Shown here: piece after piece, positions 23,488 through 33,415 of the stretch | How positions within the stretch are numbered: the stretch's first letter is position 1 | How the letters are laid out: each line of letters starts with the position of its first letter | Source: Bdellovibrionota bacterium | GTDB lineage: Bacteria; Bdellovibrionota_G; JALEGL01; DATDPG01 | Assembly: GCA_963668355.1 (NCBI GenBank) | Contig: OY764265.1 | Span: forward strand, 1,153,317 to 1,217,316 | DNA length: 64,000 nt | Direction of reading: 5' to 3' | The notes under the pieces: generated by a model | The model's database searches: none | What the model saw: the letters and a program-made list of their open reading frames with translations, nothing else | What the model was told of the DNA's origin: nothing | Made by a program: the position numbers and the translations under genes

Positions 23488-24992
23488 AGAGAAGGACCTT
23501 TCGATTGATGGGGAAGACCCGTGAGCCACCAACCGGATTCACTTTCTTCAGCGTGTGTTGATCGCGGTGTAATCTTTGTCCCCTCCATCACATGCGCGGC
23601 AGCAATGGCCGCCATGAGTTGTTCCAGAGAGGGAGCAACCGTTGAGAAAGGAAAATGCTCCTGGATGAAAGACGTGGTCACGCGAGCGTGGACAAATTCG
23701 GAATGCGCGAGAGCCTGTTTTAAAAATGAAAGATTGGTTTTCATCCCCAGAACATGGGTTTCATTCAACGCGCGAAGAAGGCGAAGTCGAGCCTCTTCTC
23801 GTGATGCACCCCACGCCGTAATTTTTGCAAGCAGGGGATCATAAAAAACGGAAACGACAGACCCTGTTTCAACCCCTGAATCGACACGAACTCCGGGACC
23901 TAAAGGCCAGGCTAAAGATTTCACCGTTCCGGGAGAGGGGAAAAACGAATTTTCAGGGTCTTCCGCGTATAGGCGAACCTCAATCGAATGACCCTGAAGG
24001 GAAACCTCTTCCTGTTTCAGCGGAAGAGATTTCTCTTGAGCCACGCGCATTTGCCAAGCCACGAGATCTTGGCACGTGATCCATTCGGTCACGGGATGTT
24101 CAACTTGAAGACGCGTGTTCATTTCCAGGAAAAAGAAGTTTTCACTTTCATCCACTAAAAATTCCACGGTTCCCGCGCCAACATAGTGAACTGCACGCGC
24201 CAACGTTTCGGCAGCCAGAGCCAAAGCTTCATGGGTTTCGGGCTTTAAATTTGGAGCGGGAGCTTCTTCAATAACTTTTTGGTGACGTCGTTGAACCGAG
24301 CACTCTCGGTCTCCCAACGAAATGACATGACCTTGGAGATCGGAAAAAATCTGAACCTCAATATGTCTGGGACGAACCAAACATTTTTCCATGTAAAGCG
24401 TGTCATCTGAAAACGATTGTTGTGCCTCCGACTTTGCCATTTGGTATGCCGACGTTAACTCGCGCTCACAAGATACAGCGCGCATACCTTTCCCCCCTCC
24501 ACCGGCCTTGGCTTTGATCAGCACGGGAAAACCAATTTCTTGGGCGCGTTGTCGGGCATCTTCCACGGAAGATAACGGACCACTGGCGGGCAGAAGAGAA
24601 AGCCCGGCCTTTTCGGCAAGGGCTCGGGCCTGAATTTTATCTCCCATTTGCGCAATGGTTTCAGCCTTTGGGCCCACAAACACCAAACCCTCTTCTTCAC
24701 AGGCTTGAGCAAAAGAGGCGTTTTCAGACAAGAATCCGTAACCTGGATGCACGAACGTGGCGCCGCAATGTTTGGCCACCCCCACAATTCGCTCGACATT
24801 CAAATAACTTTCCGACGAGGGTGCCGGACCCACATGATAGGCTTCATGGGCCTTTCGAACATGCAGGGCTTTTTGGTCAGCTTCGGAAAAAATGGCGACA
24901 GGAAGGCATTGCAAATCTTTTAACGTGCGAGAAATTCGAACGGAAACCTCTCCACGATTGGCAATCAAAACTTTCGGAAAAGTGCCGCTCAA
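23484..24992 (-). CDS. accC: Biotin carboxylase (ATP-grasp)
   Basis: [10 protein letters not shown]-terminus, ATP-grasp glycine-rich loop, conserved C-terminal biotin carboxylase region; operon-coupled with carboxyltransferase and BCCP. Confidence 0.9.
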   Translation of the reverse strand: MSGTFPKVLIANRGEVSVRISRTLKDLQCLPVAIFSEADQKALHVRKAHEAYHVGPAPSSESYLNVERIVGVAKHCGATFVHPGYGFLSENASFAQACEEEGLVFVGPKAETIAQMGDKIQARALAEKAGLSLLPASGPLSSVEDARQRAQEIGFPVLIKAKAGGGGKGMRAVSCERELTSAYQMAKSEAQQSFSDDTLYMEKCLVRPRHIEVQIFSDLQGHVISLGDRECSVQRRHQKVIEEAPAPNLKPETHEALALAAETLARAVHYVGAGTVEFLVDESENFFFLEMNTRLQVEHPVTEWITCQDLVAWQMRVAQEKSLPLKQEEVSLQGHSIEVRLYAEDPENSFFPSPGTVKSLAWPLGPGVRVDSGVETGSVVSVFYDPLLAKITAWGASREEARLRLLRALNETHVLGMKTNLSFLKQALAHSEFVHARVTTSFIQEHFPFSTVAPSLEQLMAAIAAAHVMEGTKITPRSTHAEESESGWWLTGLPHQSKGPSL

Positions 24993-26560
24993 AGTGGAAT
25001 GTTCCCATGCTTCTTGGGTGGATTGTGGTCCTTTTTATTCCGCAGCATTTCGAGAGAACGAAATAATTTTTTTCGCGTTCCTGCTGGTTCAATGATTTCA
25101 TCAATGAATCCCAACGCAGCGGTTTTATATGGATTGGCAAAGGTTTCTCGATATTCCTGTGTCAACTCTTCTCTCTTGGCTTGTGGGTTTTTGGATCTTT
25201 CGAGTTCTTCTCGAAAGACGATGTTGACCGCTCCCTCGGGTCCCATGACGGCAATTTCCGCCGTTGGGTAAGCAAAGTTCAAATCTCCACGAATATGCTT
25301 GGAAGACATCACATCGTATGCGCCCCCATAAGCCTTTCGTGTGATGATCGTAATTTTGGGAACGGTTGCCTCAGCAAAGGCAAAAAGAAGCTTGGCCCCA
25401 TGCTTGATGATCCCTCCAAATTCCTGAGCGGTTCCGGGTAAAAACCCCGGAACGTCCACCCAGGTGATCAGAGGAATATTGAAACAATCACAAAATCGAA
25501 CAAAACGTGCCGCCTTCAACGAGGCATCGATGTCCAAACAACCCGCAAGAACATTGGGTTGATTCGCAACAATTCCGACGGTGGATCCGCCAATGCGTCC
25601 AAAGCCAATGACCATGTTTTGAGCAAAAGCTTCTTGGATTTCAAAAAAGTTTTTTTCATCGAGTGTGGGAACAAAAACGTCACGAATATCATAGGGCTTG
25701 GAAGGCGTTTCCGGAACGACATCATTCAACGACATTTCCACACGATCCACGGGATCCTCCGTGGCGATATGTGGAGGTCGTTCCATATTGTTCAAAGGGA
25801 GGTAAGAGAGAAGTTGGCGAATACCTCGCAGGCAGTCTTTGTCACTTGGAAACGAAAAGTGGGCCACACCACTTTGATGATTGTGGGTTTTAGAGCCGCC
25901 CAGAACCTCTTTTGTGACTTCCTCATGAGTGACGGTTTTGATGACATCGGGTCCGGTAATGAAGAGGTAACTGGTATGTTCCACCATCAGGATGAAGTCT
26001 GTGATGGCGGGAGAATAGACGGCACCCCCCGCACACGGACCCATAATGGCGGAGATTTGTGGAATGACGCCGGAGGCGAGGGTGTTGCGCAAGAAAATAT
26101 CGGCATAGCCTCCGAGACCCTCAACACCTTCGTGAATGCGAGCCCCACCCGAATCATTTAACCCAATGACCGGAGCCCCCACCTTCATGGCCAGGTCCAT
26201 GACTTTGCAGATTTTTCTGGCGTTGGCGCCTGAGAGAGACCCACCAAAAACCGTGAAGTCTTGGGCAAAGACAAAGACCTGCCGTCCCTCCACCAAGCCT
26301 TGTCCGGCGACAACGCCATCTCCGGGAATTTTCTTTTGGCTCATTCCAAAATCGGTGCATCGATGCTCAACGAACCGATCGATTTCTTCGAACGTTCCTT
26401 CATCCAAAAGGAACTCCACGCGCTCCCGAGCCGTGAGTTTTCCGCTCTTGTGTTGTTTTGCAACTCGCACCTCTCCACCTGCGCGCTCAGAGGCCTCGAC
26501 GCGTTCTTTGAAAAGGTTGAGGGATGATCGGGAATCCTGATCCGTTTTGGGCATGGGCAT
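24989..26560 (-). CDS. pccB: Propionyl-CoA carboxylase beta chain / methylmalonyl-CoA carboxyltransferase
   Basis: 523 aa with two crotonase-like carboxyltransferase halves; first gene of the carboxylase-mutase operon. Confidence 0.9.
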   Translation of the reverse strand: MPMPKTDQDSRSSLNLFKERVEASERAGGEVRVAKQHKSGKLTARERVEFLLDEGTFEEIDRFVEHRCTDFGMSQKKIPGDGVVAGQGLVEGRQVFVFAQDFTVFGGSLSGANARKICKVMDLAMKVGAPVIGLNDSGGARIHEGVEGLGGYADIFLRNTLASGVIPQISAIMGPCAGGAVYSPAITDFILMVEHTSYLFITGPDVIKTVTHEEVTKEVLGGSKTHNHQSGVAHFSFPSDKDCLRGIRQLLSYLPLNNMERPPHIATEDPVDRVEMSLNDVVPETPSKPYDIRDVFVPTLDEKNFFEIQEAFAQNMVIGFGRIGGSTVGIVANQPNVLAGCLDIDASLKAARFVRFCDCFNIPLITWVDVPGFLPGTAQEFGGIIKHGAKLLFAFAEATVPKITIITRKAYGGAYDVMSSKHIRGDLNFAYPTAEIAVMGPEGAVNIVFREELERSKNPQAKREELTQEYRETFANPYKTAALGFIDEIIEPAGTRKKLFRSLEMLRNKKDHNPPKKHGNIPL

Positions 26561-26623
26561 CTTACTTAGACGGATGACCTCAAAATGTCTAATAATTGTG
26601 GAAAACCCTTGGCCGGGAGGGAA

Positions 26624-27316
26624 TTATTTATCGTAGATCGAGCAATCGTCTCGATTCTCAATCAGAGTCATCCAATTGAAAGTATCTTTTTCAGGAGTTT
26701 CATATCGAAAGGAACACATGACGAACGTGGGATATTTCTCCTCGTCACATTGATACTCGTATTCCACGCGACCCAAAGAAATCAAATCCGCCGGCGTCGG
26801 GAAAGGGGCCTTGGAGGTGATTCGGATTTCTTTGTGAAATCGCCACACCTTGGACAGTTCACAGGTTTGCCCAGGATATTTTTCGGTCAAGAGGTCCAAC
26901 GCGATTTCCCGGCGTTCGGGCGTGTCGGATTGGGAATAAATTCCTGGAATCTGAAAATAAACACTGTTGAGAAACCAACAACGAGCTCCGGTTTCATCGT
27001 TTACGTAATACGCATCATTGGTGGTGCAGTAAAAAGGGGCGTAGACGGTTCCAAACTCTTTATCCTGGCATTGAACGGTGAACGAAAACCCATTGGGAGA
27101 GCGTCGATCTCCATGTTCTAATTCGTCCCAAACCACGGAACAATCTGACTTTCCACCCAGTGCATTGGCATAACGGCGAGCCTCTTCCGTACAAGAACGC
27201 CACTCATTTTCATATAATTGTTGATAACGATTCAGGGCCTCACTCGTTGGGCTGAAGGCCAAAAAAAGACCCCAAACCAAAAGAAAAGAACCGAATATGG
27301 TCTTGGTGCGTTTCAT
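26624..27316 (-). CDS. Exported cysteine-rich hypothetical protein (paralog A)
   Basis: Signal peptide; shares with the 27440-28186 product the blocks VYAPFYCT, SDTPERREIALDL, FPTP, YEYQC and seven aligned Cys. Confidence 0.6.
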   Translation of the reverse strand: MKRTKTIFGSFLLVWGLFLAFSPTSEALNRYQQLYENEWRSCTEEARRYANALGGKSDCSVVWDELEHGDRRSPNGFSFTVQCQDKEFGTVYAPFYCTTNDAYYVNDETGARCWFLNSVYFQIPGIYSQSDTPERREIALDLLTEKYPGQTCELSKVWRFHKEIRITSKAPFPTPADLISLGRVEYEYQCDEEKYPTFVMCSFRYETPEKDTFNWMTLIENRDDCSIYDK

Positions 27317-27439
27317 CTTGGATTCCGGAGATGGCTTCTAACACCAACTAACGCGCCCCGTCAAACCGAATTTTTAACATCTGAAAATGGGCTACGGTTA
27401 AGCAAAATGATCCATGCCTTGGGTTTGCAGAAGTTTACT

Positions 27440-28186
27440 TTAATGGAGTTGGCAGAAATTAAAATCTTCGGTGAAGGCAAACAATTGATCTTCTTCGGTT
27501 TCTCTTGGGTTCTGAGAATTGGCCCTGATCCGATCCCCGCCCGTTTCGACGTCTAAGCTTTCTTCTTGAGATTCTTTAAAAAGGTAAAAACATCGAATGT
27601 GAATAGACTTAGGCTCGCCCTCACATTGATATTCATAATCCACATCGCCAAGCTTTTCGAGCTGAGAAGGAGTTGGGAAGGGAGGAAATTTGGAAATGCG
27701 GATTTCATAGTGGGAATAAAGAACCCGTTGGAAATGACATGCTTCATGCGGAAAATGCTGCTCAACCAAATCAAGGGCCAATTCACGACGTTCCGGCGTG
27801 TCCGAAGGCCAGTACACACCGCTAAGAAAGAAGCGTCCCGCTCCGCCAATCCAGCAGTGGGCCTTTTTTTCTTCCTGAAAGCTGAAATTTTTCTCGGCTG
27901 TGCAAAAGATGGGTGCGTAGACATCTCCATAAGAATCATCCATGCACTGAACGGTGAACCACATGCCACGCTTAGATGAGTTCAGCAAATACTCGGATTG
28001 ATCCCAGACGATTTTACAATGGGATAAGCGGTCAAAGGAGTTCGAAAAATGCAAAGCCTCGTCCCGATAGATCCCTCTCAAGGCGGAGAGATCAAGCTGG
28101 GCGGGCTCAGCCAAAACCGAAAGCGCGAAGGTCCATAGGCCGACGAAGAGAAAAAGGACCGCAGGTCTGGAGAAAGACAGTTTCAT
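27440..28186 (-). CDS. Exported cysteine-rich hypothetical protein (paralog B)
   Basis: Signal peptide; same conserved blocks as paralog A; acidic C-terminal extension. Confidence 0.6.
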   Translation of the reverse strand: MKLSFSRPAVLFLFVGLWTFALSVLAEPAQLDLSALRGIYRDEALHFSNSFDRLSHCKIVWDQSEYLLNSSKRGMWFTVQCMDDSYGDVYAPIFCTAEKNFSFQEEKKAHCWIGGAGRFFLSGVYWPSDTPERRELALDLVEQHFPHEACHFQRVLYSHYEIRISKFPPFPTPSQLEKLGDVDYEYQCEGEPKSIHIRCFYLFKESQEESLDVETGGDRIRANSQNPRETEEDQLFAFTEDFNFCQLH

Positions 28187-28322
28187 ACAAATTGGCCTGA
28201 AAACCGCCTTCTACCATCGCCTAACGCAAAACGTCAATTTCTATTTTTCACACCCCTCTTATGTGCGCCGGAAGAGGATAGGGCGTATAAATCAACCCAG
28301 AGGGAGTCGACTTAACCTATTT

Positions 28323-28348
28323 TTAAGAATTCATTTATAAGTTCTTAA
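28323..28348. promoter_or_regulatory. Candidate operator palindrome in a divergent promoter region
   Basis: TTAAGAA (28323-28329) N12 TTCTTAA (28342-28348) in the AT-rich interval between divergent genes. Confidence 0.2.
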
Positions 28349-28387
28349 TACTTCACAGATATATCTGGGTTCGCAAGGTAGATATTT

Positions 28388-29488
28388 ATGTCGAAGGGGG
28401 ACTCTAAAAAAATTCTACTTACACTCTTTGGAGTGGCTTGTCTCTATCCGCTTTCCGCCTCTGCAAATCTTTACACTCAGCTTCGCGATACGGTTGTTCC
28501 TCAAGCCAAAGTGGTTCCGGCCGTTCAAAGCGAAATCGGTCGAACGGCTCGGCAGTTAACAGCCATTTCAAACCGATATGAGGCTGCCGGAATTTTTCCC
28601 CATGACATGGGCGATGTTTTCAAAAATGCTTTCGCAGGTGGGCGCATTCAAGGACATCAACCCAAATTTTCCCAAGCGTTTAGTCGATACGGAAAGTCCA
28701 TCGGCTTTGAAACTTCAAATGGGTTTTCCTTTTTGGTTCCCTCTTTTGAACGAAGGGGAACGCTCCCGTTTGAAAAATGTGAAAATGGCCCCTCCCTCTC
28801 CGATCTTTTGATGCATGTAGCTCAAATTGAGACAGGGGATGCGAAGGCCGAACTCGAGGAAATTCACTTTGTCCACACGCCTGAAATGTCTGCATCTACC
28901 GCAAGCATTCTGTACGCCGCTGAATATTGTTCTTCGGATCGTTTGGTTTATGCAAGTGCAAATGGCGAAATGAAAGACTTGGTCGAGCGGGTGCGAAGAG
29001 TCATGGGAAGAAATCCCAAGCGGCCCCTTGGAAATGAAGCCGTCATCCCAGAGCGCCTAATCTCGGCGCTTGAAAGTGTGTATCAGTTGCAAGAGATACA
29101 GGTTCCTGATCTCGAAACCTACGACCGATTTTCCGGCTTCGACTTTTCCGAGAGTGGCACCATGCAGGACGTTGTGGATATGGCCATGGATTATCTAGAG
29201 GAAGTGAGCCGTTTGCTGGAAGAGGTGAGTTCTCCCTCTATGGATGCTTCTCGCAGTTATCGAAAAACGAGGACGTATTTAGAAATCGTCGCTCCGGCCA
29301 TGTTGACGACGATTGAGTCCAAGTATCGAACCTTGTTATCGATTCGAAATCCTGAAATCGCCCCCAGCGTGCAAAAATTTCGAAAATTTCGCCAGAAACA
29401 TAATCGTCTCATGGATCATCTCACGGAACATCGCCGTGTTCAGTGGAATGACTTTCTGCGTGGCGTTTCCCTCCACCCCCAAGGGTAA
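28388..29488 (+). CDS. Exported hypothetical protein
   Basis: 366 aa; signal peptide ILLTLFGVACLYPLSASA; no recognisable domain. Confidence 0.55.
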   Translation: MSKGDSKKILLTLFGVACLYPLSASANLYTQLRDTVVPQAKVVPAVQSEIGRTARQLTAISNRYEAAGIFPHDMGDVFKNAFAGGRIQGHQPKFSQAFSRYGKSIGFETSNGFSFLVPSFERRGTLPFEKCENGPSLSDLLMHVAQIETGDAKAELEEIHFVHTPEMSASTASILYAAEYCSSDRLVYASANGEMKDLVERVRRVMGRNPKRPLGNEAVIPERLISALESVYQLQEIQVPDLETYDRFSGFDFSESGTMQDVVDMAMDYLEEVSRLLEEVSSPSMDASRSYRKTRTYLEIVAPAMLTTIESKYRTLLSIRNPEIAPSVQKFRKFRQKHNRLMDHLTEHRRVQWNDFLRGVSLHPQG

Positions 29489-29518
29489 AAAGAGCATAAA
29501 TATTAGGTTGTTGTAAAA

Positions 29519-32500
29519 ATGAAACGGGTCGTAAAGGAGAGGTTGGCTTTTATGACGCAGTGTGGTAAACCGCGCTCGAATCAAGGGACTATGCTAAGGG
29601 TGAGGTTTAAAAAGATAATTCTATTTTTTGTGGTGGTCTTGGGACTGCCTTGCTTGGCCGTGGCCAGTCAGGCCCCCAAATCCATTCCGGATGAAGGTCG
29701 CCTTACGAAAGAAATTTCCATTGAACGCTTCAACGGAGCGACGAAAGTCGTCATTGCTCCGGATTTATTACGAAAATGGGACGGAAAACTCACGGAGGAC
29801 AGCAAACTCGTCTTGGCGGAGGTCCTTATTTATCGGAAGCGAACCGTACAAATCCTTCTCGAAGCCCTGGATCGCCTACGATTCTTGGCCTTAGCCTTGG
29901 GAGAAACCGCATACCAAGACCCTTCCTTAGCCATGCCGGACGATTTGGCCATGGTCCTAGACCGCGCGTTTGATCCACGTCAATTTGGTGATCTCATGGG
30001 AGGCGTCGGTTGGCTCCGTAATCCGCTTGCCCAAGGCGCGGAGTTTGATCCCGTGGTCATGGATGCATTTTGGCGAGATATTCTGGAGCGGTCTATCGGA
30101 GTGGTCCATCGAGAATCACAAAAAGCCTTTTACGAACGCTACCGCGGAGTGGATGAGGTCATTGATGAGTCGGTGAGCTTGGAGGAAAACCTAGGTGAGT
30201 ATTGTCGCCGCACGCGCGATGAAATCGATCAATCCAAGGCGGTCTCACAATCCATCGAAGCGAGAAACCAAGAGGCCAGGACGCTGCTCTATGACATCGA
30301 TGGAAATGCCTACGAAGGAGAGCGACTTCTTTTTACGCCCCTTCATTATGGCAAGACCTTTCTTCCCAATGAAATTTATCGCGAGAAGGTTCGCCCCATT
30401 CTTCGGGACATCAATACGCTTCGACAATACCCGGGCAAGGGTCGAGATGATGGCTACTTGGCCAACTTCTTTGTCGCGTTGGCCCTCAATGAATTGTCGG
30501 AGAAGCATGGTTTCGATATACGCCTGGCGACGGAGAGTCAGCCGCGCTCCAGTTTGATCTGTGCGGCGTGGGATGAAATTCCCTTTGATCAACTCGACGA
30601 CGAATTTTTTGTCCGAAATTCGGAGCATTTTCGGACAGCTTTTCTGGCGGCAATTCAAGAGGCCATCCGCCTGCATCAACATGTATTGGTGTACTTATTG
30701 GATTTACATGCGCCTTCCCGCTTTGGCGGCGTCGTCTCGTTTGCTCAATCCGTTACCCGGACCATCAGTCGCGTGTTTAAAAACGACTACCTGCCTTACC
30801 CAGACAACCCCCTCGACATTATCCAAAAACTCTCCGTTCTGGCTGCCATCTTCCAGGGGGCACCCGATCTCATGGAAGAAGTCAGGGCCGAGAATCCAAT
30901 GGATAAAGTCTCCTGGGAAAATTTGCAGAACTGTCTCCGAGAGGAATTTGAGCAATACCAAGTTCGCTTGGAGGGTGATGAACGTCTCAAAGCGTTTAAC
31001 TCGATTGGTTATGTGGGCATGGCCGCCACCATGGTTACCCGGTCTTGGATTCCCACGATTATCATGGTTGTGAATGATGCCTTCATTACGTTTACGATCA
31101 CACGTCCTCGAATGCACTATCGGCAGAATTTGACGAAGTTGTATCAGTCCATGTTTTTGAATGTTGACCCCCAATGGGTCCTGGCCAACGAAGCAAAAAT
31201 AAAACTGGATGTGCATGACCACGCGGACAAACTTCGCGACTTGGTCGTTTTAGACGCTCAAGCGTCCCAAGAATTTCGAAATGCCTGTGGCTGGATGCTG
31301 GGGTTCGGAACGTTCTGGGCCTTTCGAGGCATCAAATGGTTCAATGGCATGTGGCGCTGGGTTCAGGGTGCCGTCAGTCCGGAAAAATATATTGTGAGTT
31401 CGGGATCCAATATGTTCGAACTTCGCAAGGAAGTCATGCGCACGGTCAAAGCCATCTATCAACTTTTTGATGAAAAAATGCTTGTGGACGGAAAGGGCCG
31501 GCGAATTGAAGTCATTGGGGCTTTTCGTAAACAAGGCTGGTGGAAAGAGGTTTGGGAAAGAGCCTATTCTTTCATACCCAATGATCTCACGATCATTCAA
31601 CGCGAGTTTCCTCAAGTCTATCGAAGGTTAGCCCGAGAGTTTAGAAAACTTCACTTACATATAGAGAATCCGGAAGACATCACAAAGTTTTTGGCCCACC
31701 ACGAAAAGGGAGAAGGGTTTTCCCTTTGGTCCCTGGCACAAGAACTCAAATTGGCTAGCCGTGCGGATATCGAAGATTGGGCACGTCGCATGGATAGCTC
31801 GGACGTGGAAGATTTCATCCAACATGCGGGCCAACGTGTGGAAGGAAGAGTTCGCTTCAATCAACTTCACAAACTTCGGATTCGTCGCGAGGGATTTCGA
31901 ATAAAAATCGAGGCGCCCAGAATGCCTGCGCCACCTCTTCAGCCGGCATCCACGGCACAGCAGGCACGGAACAGTCAAAATGTTTTGGCAACGCTCAACG
32001 AAAGATACCAGGTCGCACGCAGACAATTGGCAGCGGACCTTAAAGGTCTCAAAGTTTATGCAGAAGCGGAAGATGATGTCGTCGGGCGCGCGGGAGAATA
32101 TCATTTTAAGAAAAAAGAGATTCAACATGTTCACAATATTCAAAAGACACTTCGGGATTTAGAACACTTATTGGATCCGGTTACCCGCCATAGAGATCGA
32201 AGCGCCCCTGGGGTGGAGCGCACAGCAAAACTTCTCCTTGCCATTGGTAGACCCTTTGAAAAACCCGTTCATGCCAGCCAAGAATTTGTATTTCAAGCCG
32301 TTAGAACCATGTCCGCTTGGATCGGCGTTTATCTTGACCTCAGCCTCGCCATGCGCATGAAGCGCATGATCCCTCCAGGAGCACTTTCTCAAGTGATGAG
32401 AAATGCCATTGCGCAAAAAGTTGAGCGTGTGCCGGGGCTACGACCGTTTGCCGATGCTGTACGCAAAGGAAAGGATTGGATCACCGTAGGCAAAGATGGA

Positions 32501-33415
32501 ATCGCGAGTGGAATCGCCAAGGCCGATGACGTGGCCGAGGAGTTCGCTCGAAAAAAATGGAAACTCAATATTGATGAAAGTTTTGTTTCTACATTTATTG
32601 GAGACAGCGTCATTCTCGGATTGATCACCGGATTTGTGGGTGATCGCCTGTATCGTATGGGAGAAGTAACGTGGCAAAACCGAAGCGATGGGTATGGGGC
32701 GGCACTAAGTGAAGGTGCGGATGCTTTGCTCGTTAATCCCTTCAATTTGGGGGATGCTCACGAGGGGGAAGAGACGAGAATCAACCTTGTTACGGGCATG
32801 GTGCGTCGTGCGTACACCACGTTTTTCATGACTTCGGCCTTAAGTTTTCGAAAGAAAATGATGTGGGTCAACCTGGGTGGCGCCGCAGTTGAAGGCCTCA
32901 CCACCGCCGCGACCAACCTCTACGGTCTTACACATGGCGATGACGCCCTTGACTTCGAGGATGCCCTGGCAACATTGGTTTCACCCGAATGTCTCATCGC
33001 CATCGCCAAGCGCTTAAACCTTGGGTACATCTACAACAACTTCTACGCCCTGTGGCATAAGCAAGCCTATTGGAAAGTCCGACACGCCATGCGCAGTCCC
33101 ATGATGAATCGTTCGATGTACGACGTGTTTGTACTTCGTCTGGGCTGGTCAACCGTCTTAGGCAAGGCAGGATTCACCGGTGCAACTCATTTGTTTGATG
33201 CGCCAGGGGAATGCGCTCCGGTGGACCACCCGTTTGAAGAACTTTCGGTCAAGGGTAACGACCCTCGCATGAGCTTTGCGTTCCAACAAACCGCAGACGA
33301 ATTGGATGCTTTGACGATCAACGATTGGATGGATTTGCAAGAAGAACTCGAAGCCGAAGGCGTAGAAATTGATGAAACATTGGGCATGGAAGAGTTTGAG
33401 GGAGACGTCGAATGA
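29519..33415 (+). CDS. Large exported hypothetical protein (1298 aa)
   Basis: N-terminal hydrophobic signal/anchor (IILFFVVVLGLPCLAVA, likely start near 29591); Gly/Ala-rich hydrophobic segments near C-terminus; acidic tail; no known catalytic motif found. Confidence 0.6.
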   Translation: MKRVVKERLAFMTQCGKPRSNQGTMLRVRFKKIILFFVVVLGLPCLAVASQAPKSIPDEGRLTKEISIERFNGATKVVIAPDLLRKWDGKLTEDSKLVLAEVLIYRKRTVQILLEALDRLRFLALALGETAYQDPSLAMPDDLAMVLDRAFDPRQFGDLMGGVGWLRNPLAQGAEFDPVVMDAFWRDILERSIGVVHRESQKAFYERYRGVDEVIDESVSLEENLGEYCRRTRDEIDQSKAVSQSIEARNQEARTLLYDIDGNAYEGERLLFTPLHYGKTFLPNEIYREKVRPILRDINTLRQYPGKGRDDGYLANFFVALALNELSEKHGFDIRLATESQPRSSLICAAWDEIPFDQLDDEFFVRNSEHFRTAFLAAIQEAIRLHQHVLVYLLDLHAPSRFGGVVSFAQSVTRTISRVFKNDYLPYPDNPLDIIQKLSVLAAIFQGAPDLMEEVRAENPMDKVSWENLQNCLREEFEQYQVRLEGDERLKAFNSIGYVGMAATMVTRSWIPTIIMVVNDAFITFTITRPRMHYRQNLTKLYQSMFLNVDPQWVLANEAKIKLDVHDHADKLRDLVVLDAQASQEFRNACGWMLGFGTFWAFRGIKWFNGMWRWVQGAVSPEKYIVSSGSNMFELRKEVMRTVKAIYQLFDEKMLVDGKGRRIEVIGAFRKQGWWKEVWERAYSFIPNDLTIIQREFPQVYRRLAREFRKLHLHIENPEDITKFLAHHEKGEGFSLWSLAQELKLASRADIEDWARRMDSSDVEDFIQHAGQRVEGRVRFNQLHKLRIRREGFRIKIEAPRMPAPPLQPASTAQQARNSQNVLATLNERYQVARRQLAADLKGLKVYAEAEDDVVGRAGEYHFKKKEIQHVHNIQKTLRDLEHLLDPVTRHRDRSAPGVERTAKLLLAIGRPFEKPVHASQEFVFQAVRTMSAWIGVYLDLSLAMRMKRMIPPGALSQVMRNAIAQKVERVPGLRPFADAVRKGKDWITVGKDGIASGIAKADDVAEEFARKKWKLNIDESFVSTFIGDSVILGLITGFVGDRLYRMGEVTWQNRSDGYGAALSEGADALLVNPFNLGDAHEGEETRINLVTGMVRRAYTTFFMTSALSFRKKMMWVNLGGAAVEGLTTAATNLYGLTHGDDALDFEDALATLVSPECLIAIAKRLNLGYIYNNFYALWHKQAYWKVRHAMRSPMMNRSMYDVFVLRLGWSTVLGKAGFTGATHLFDAPGECAPVDHPFEELSVKGNDPRMSFAFQQTADELDALTINDWMDLQEELEAEGVEIDETLGMEEFEGDVE

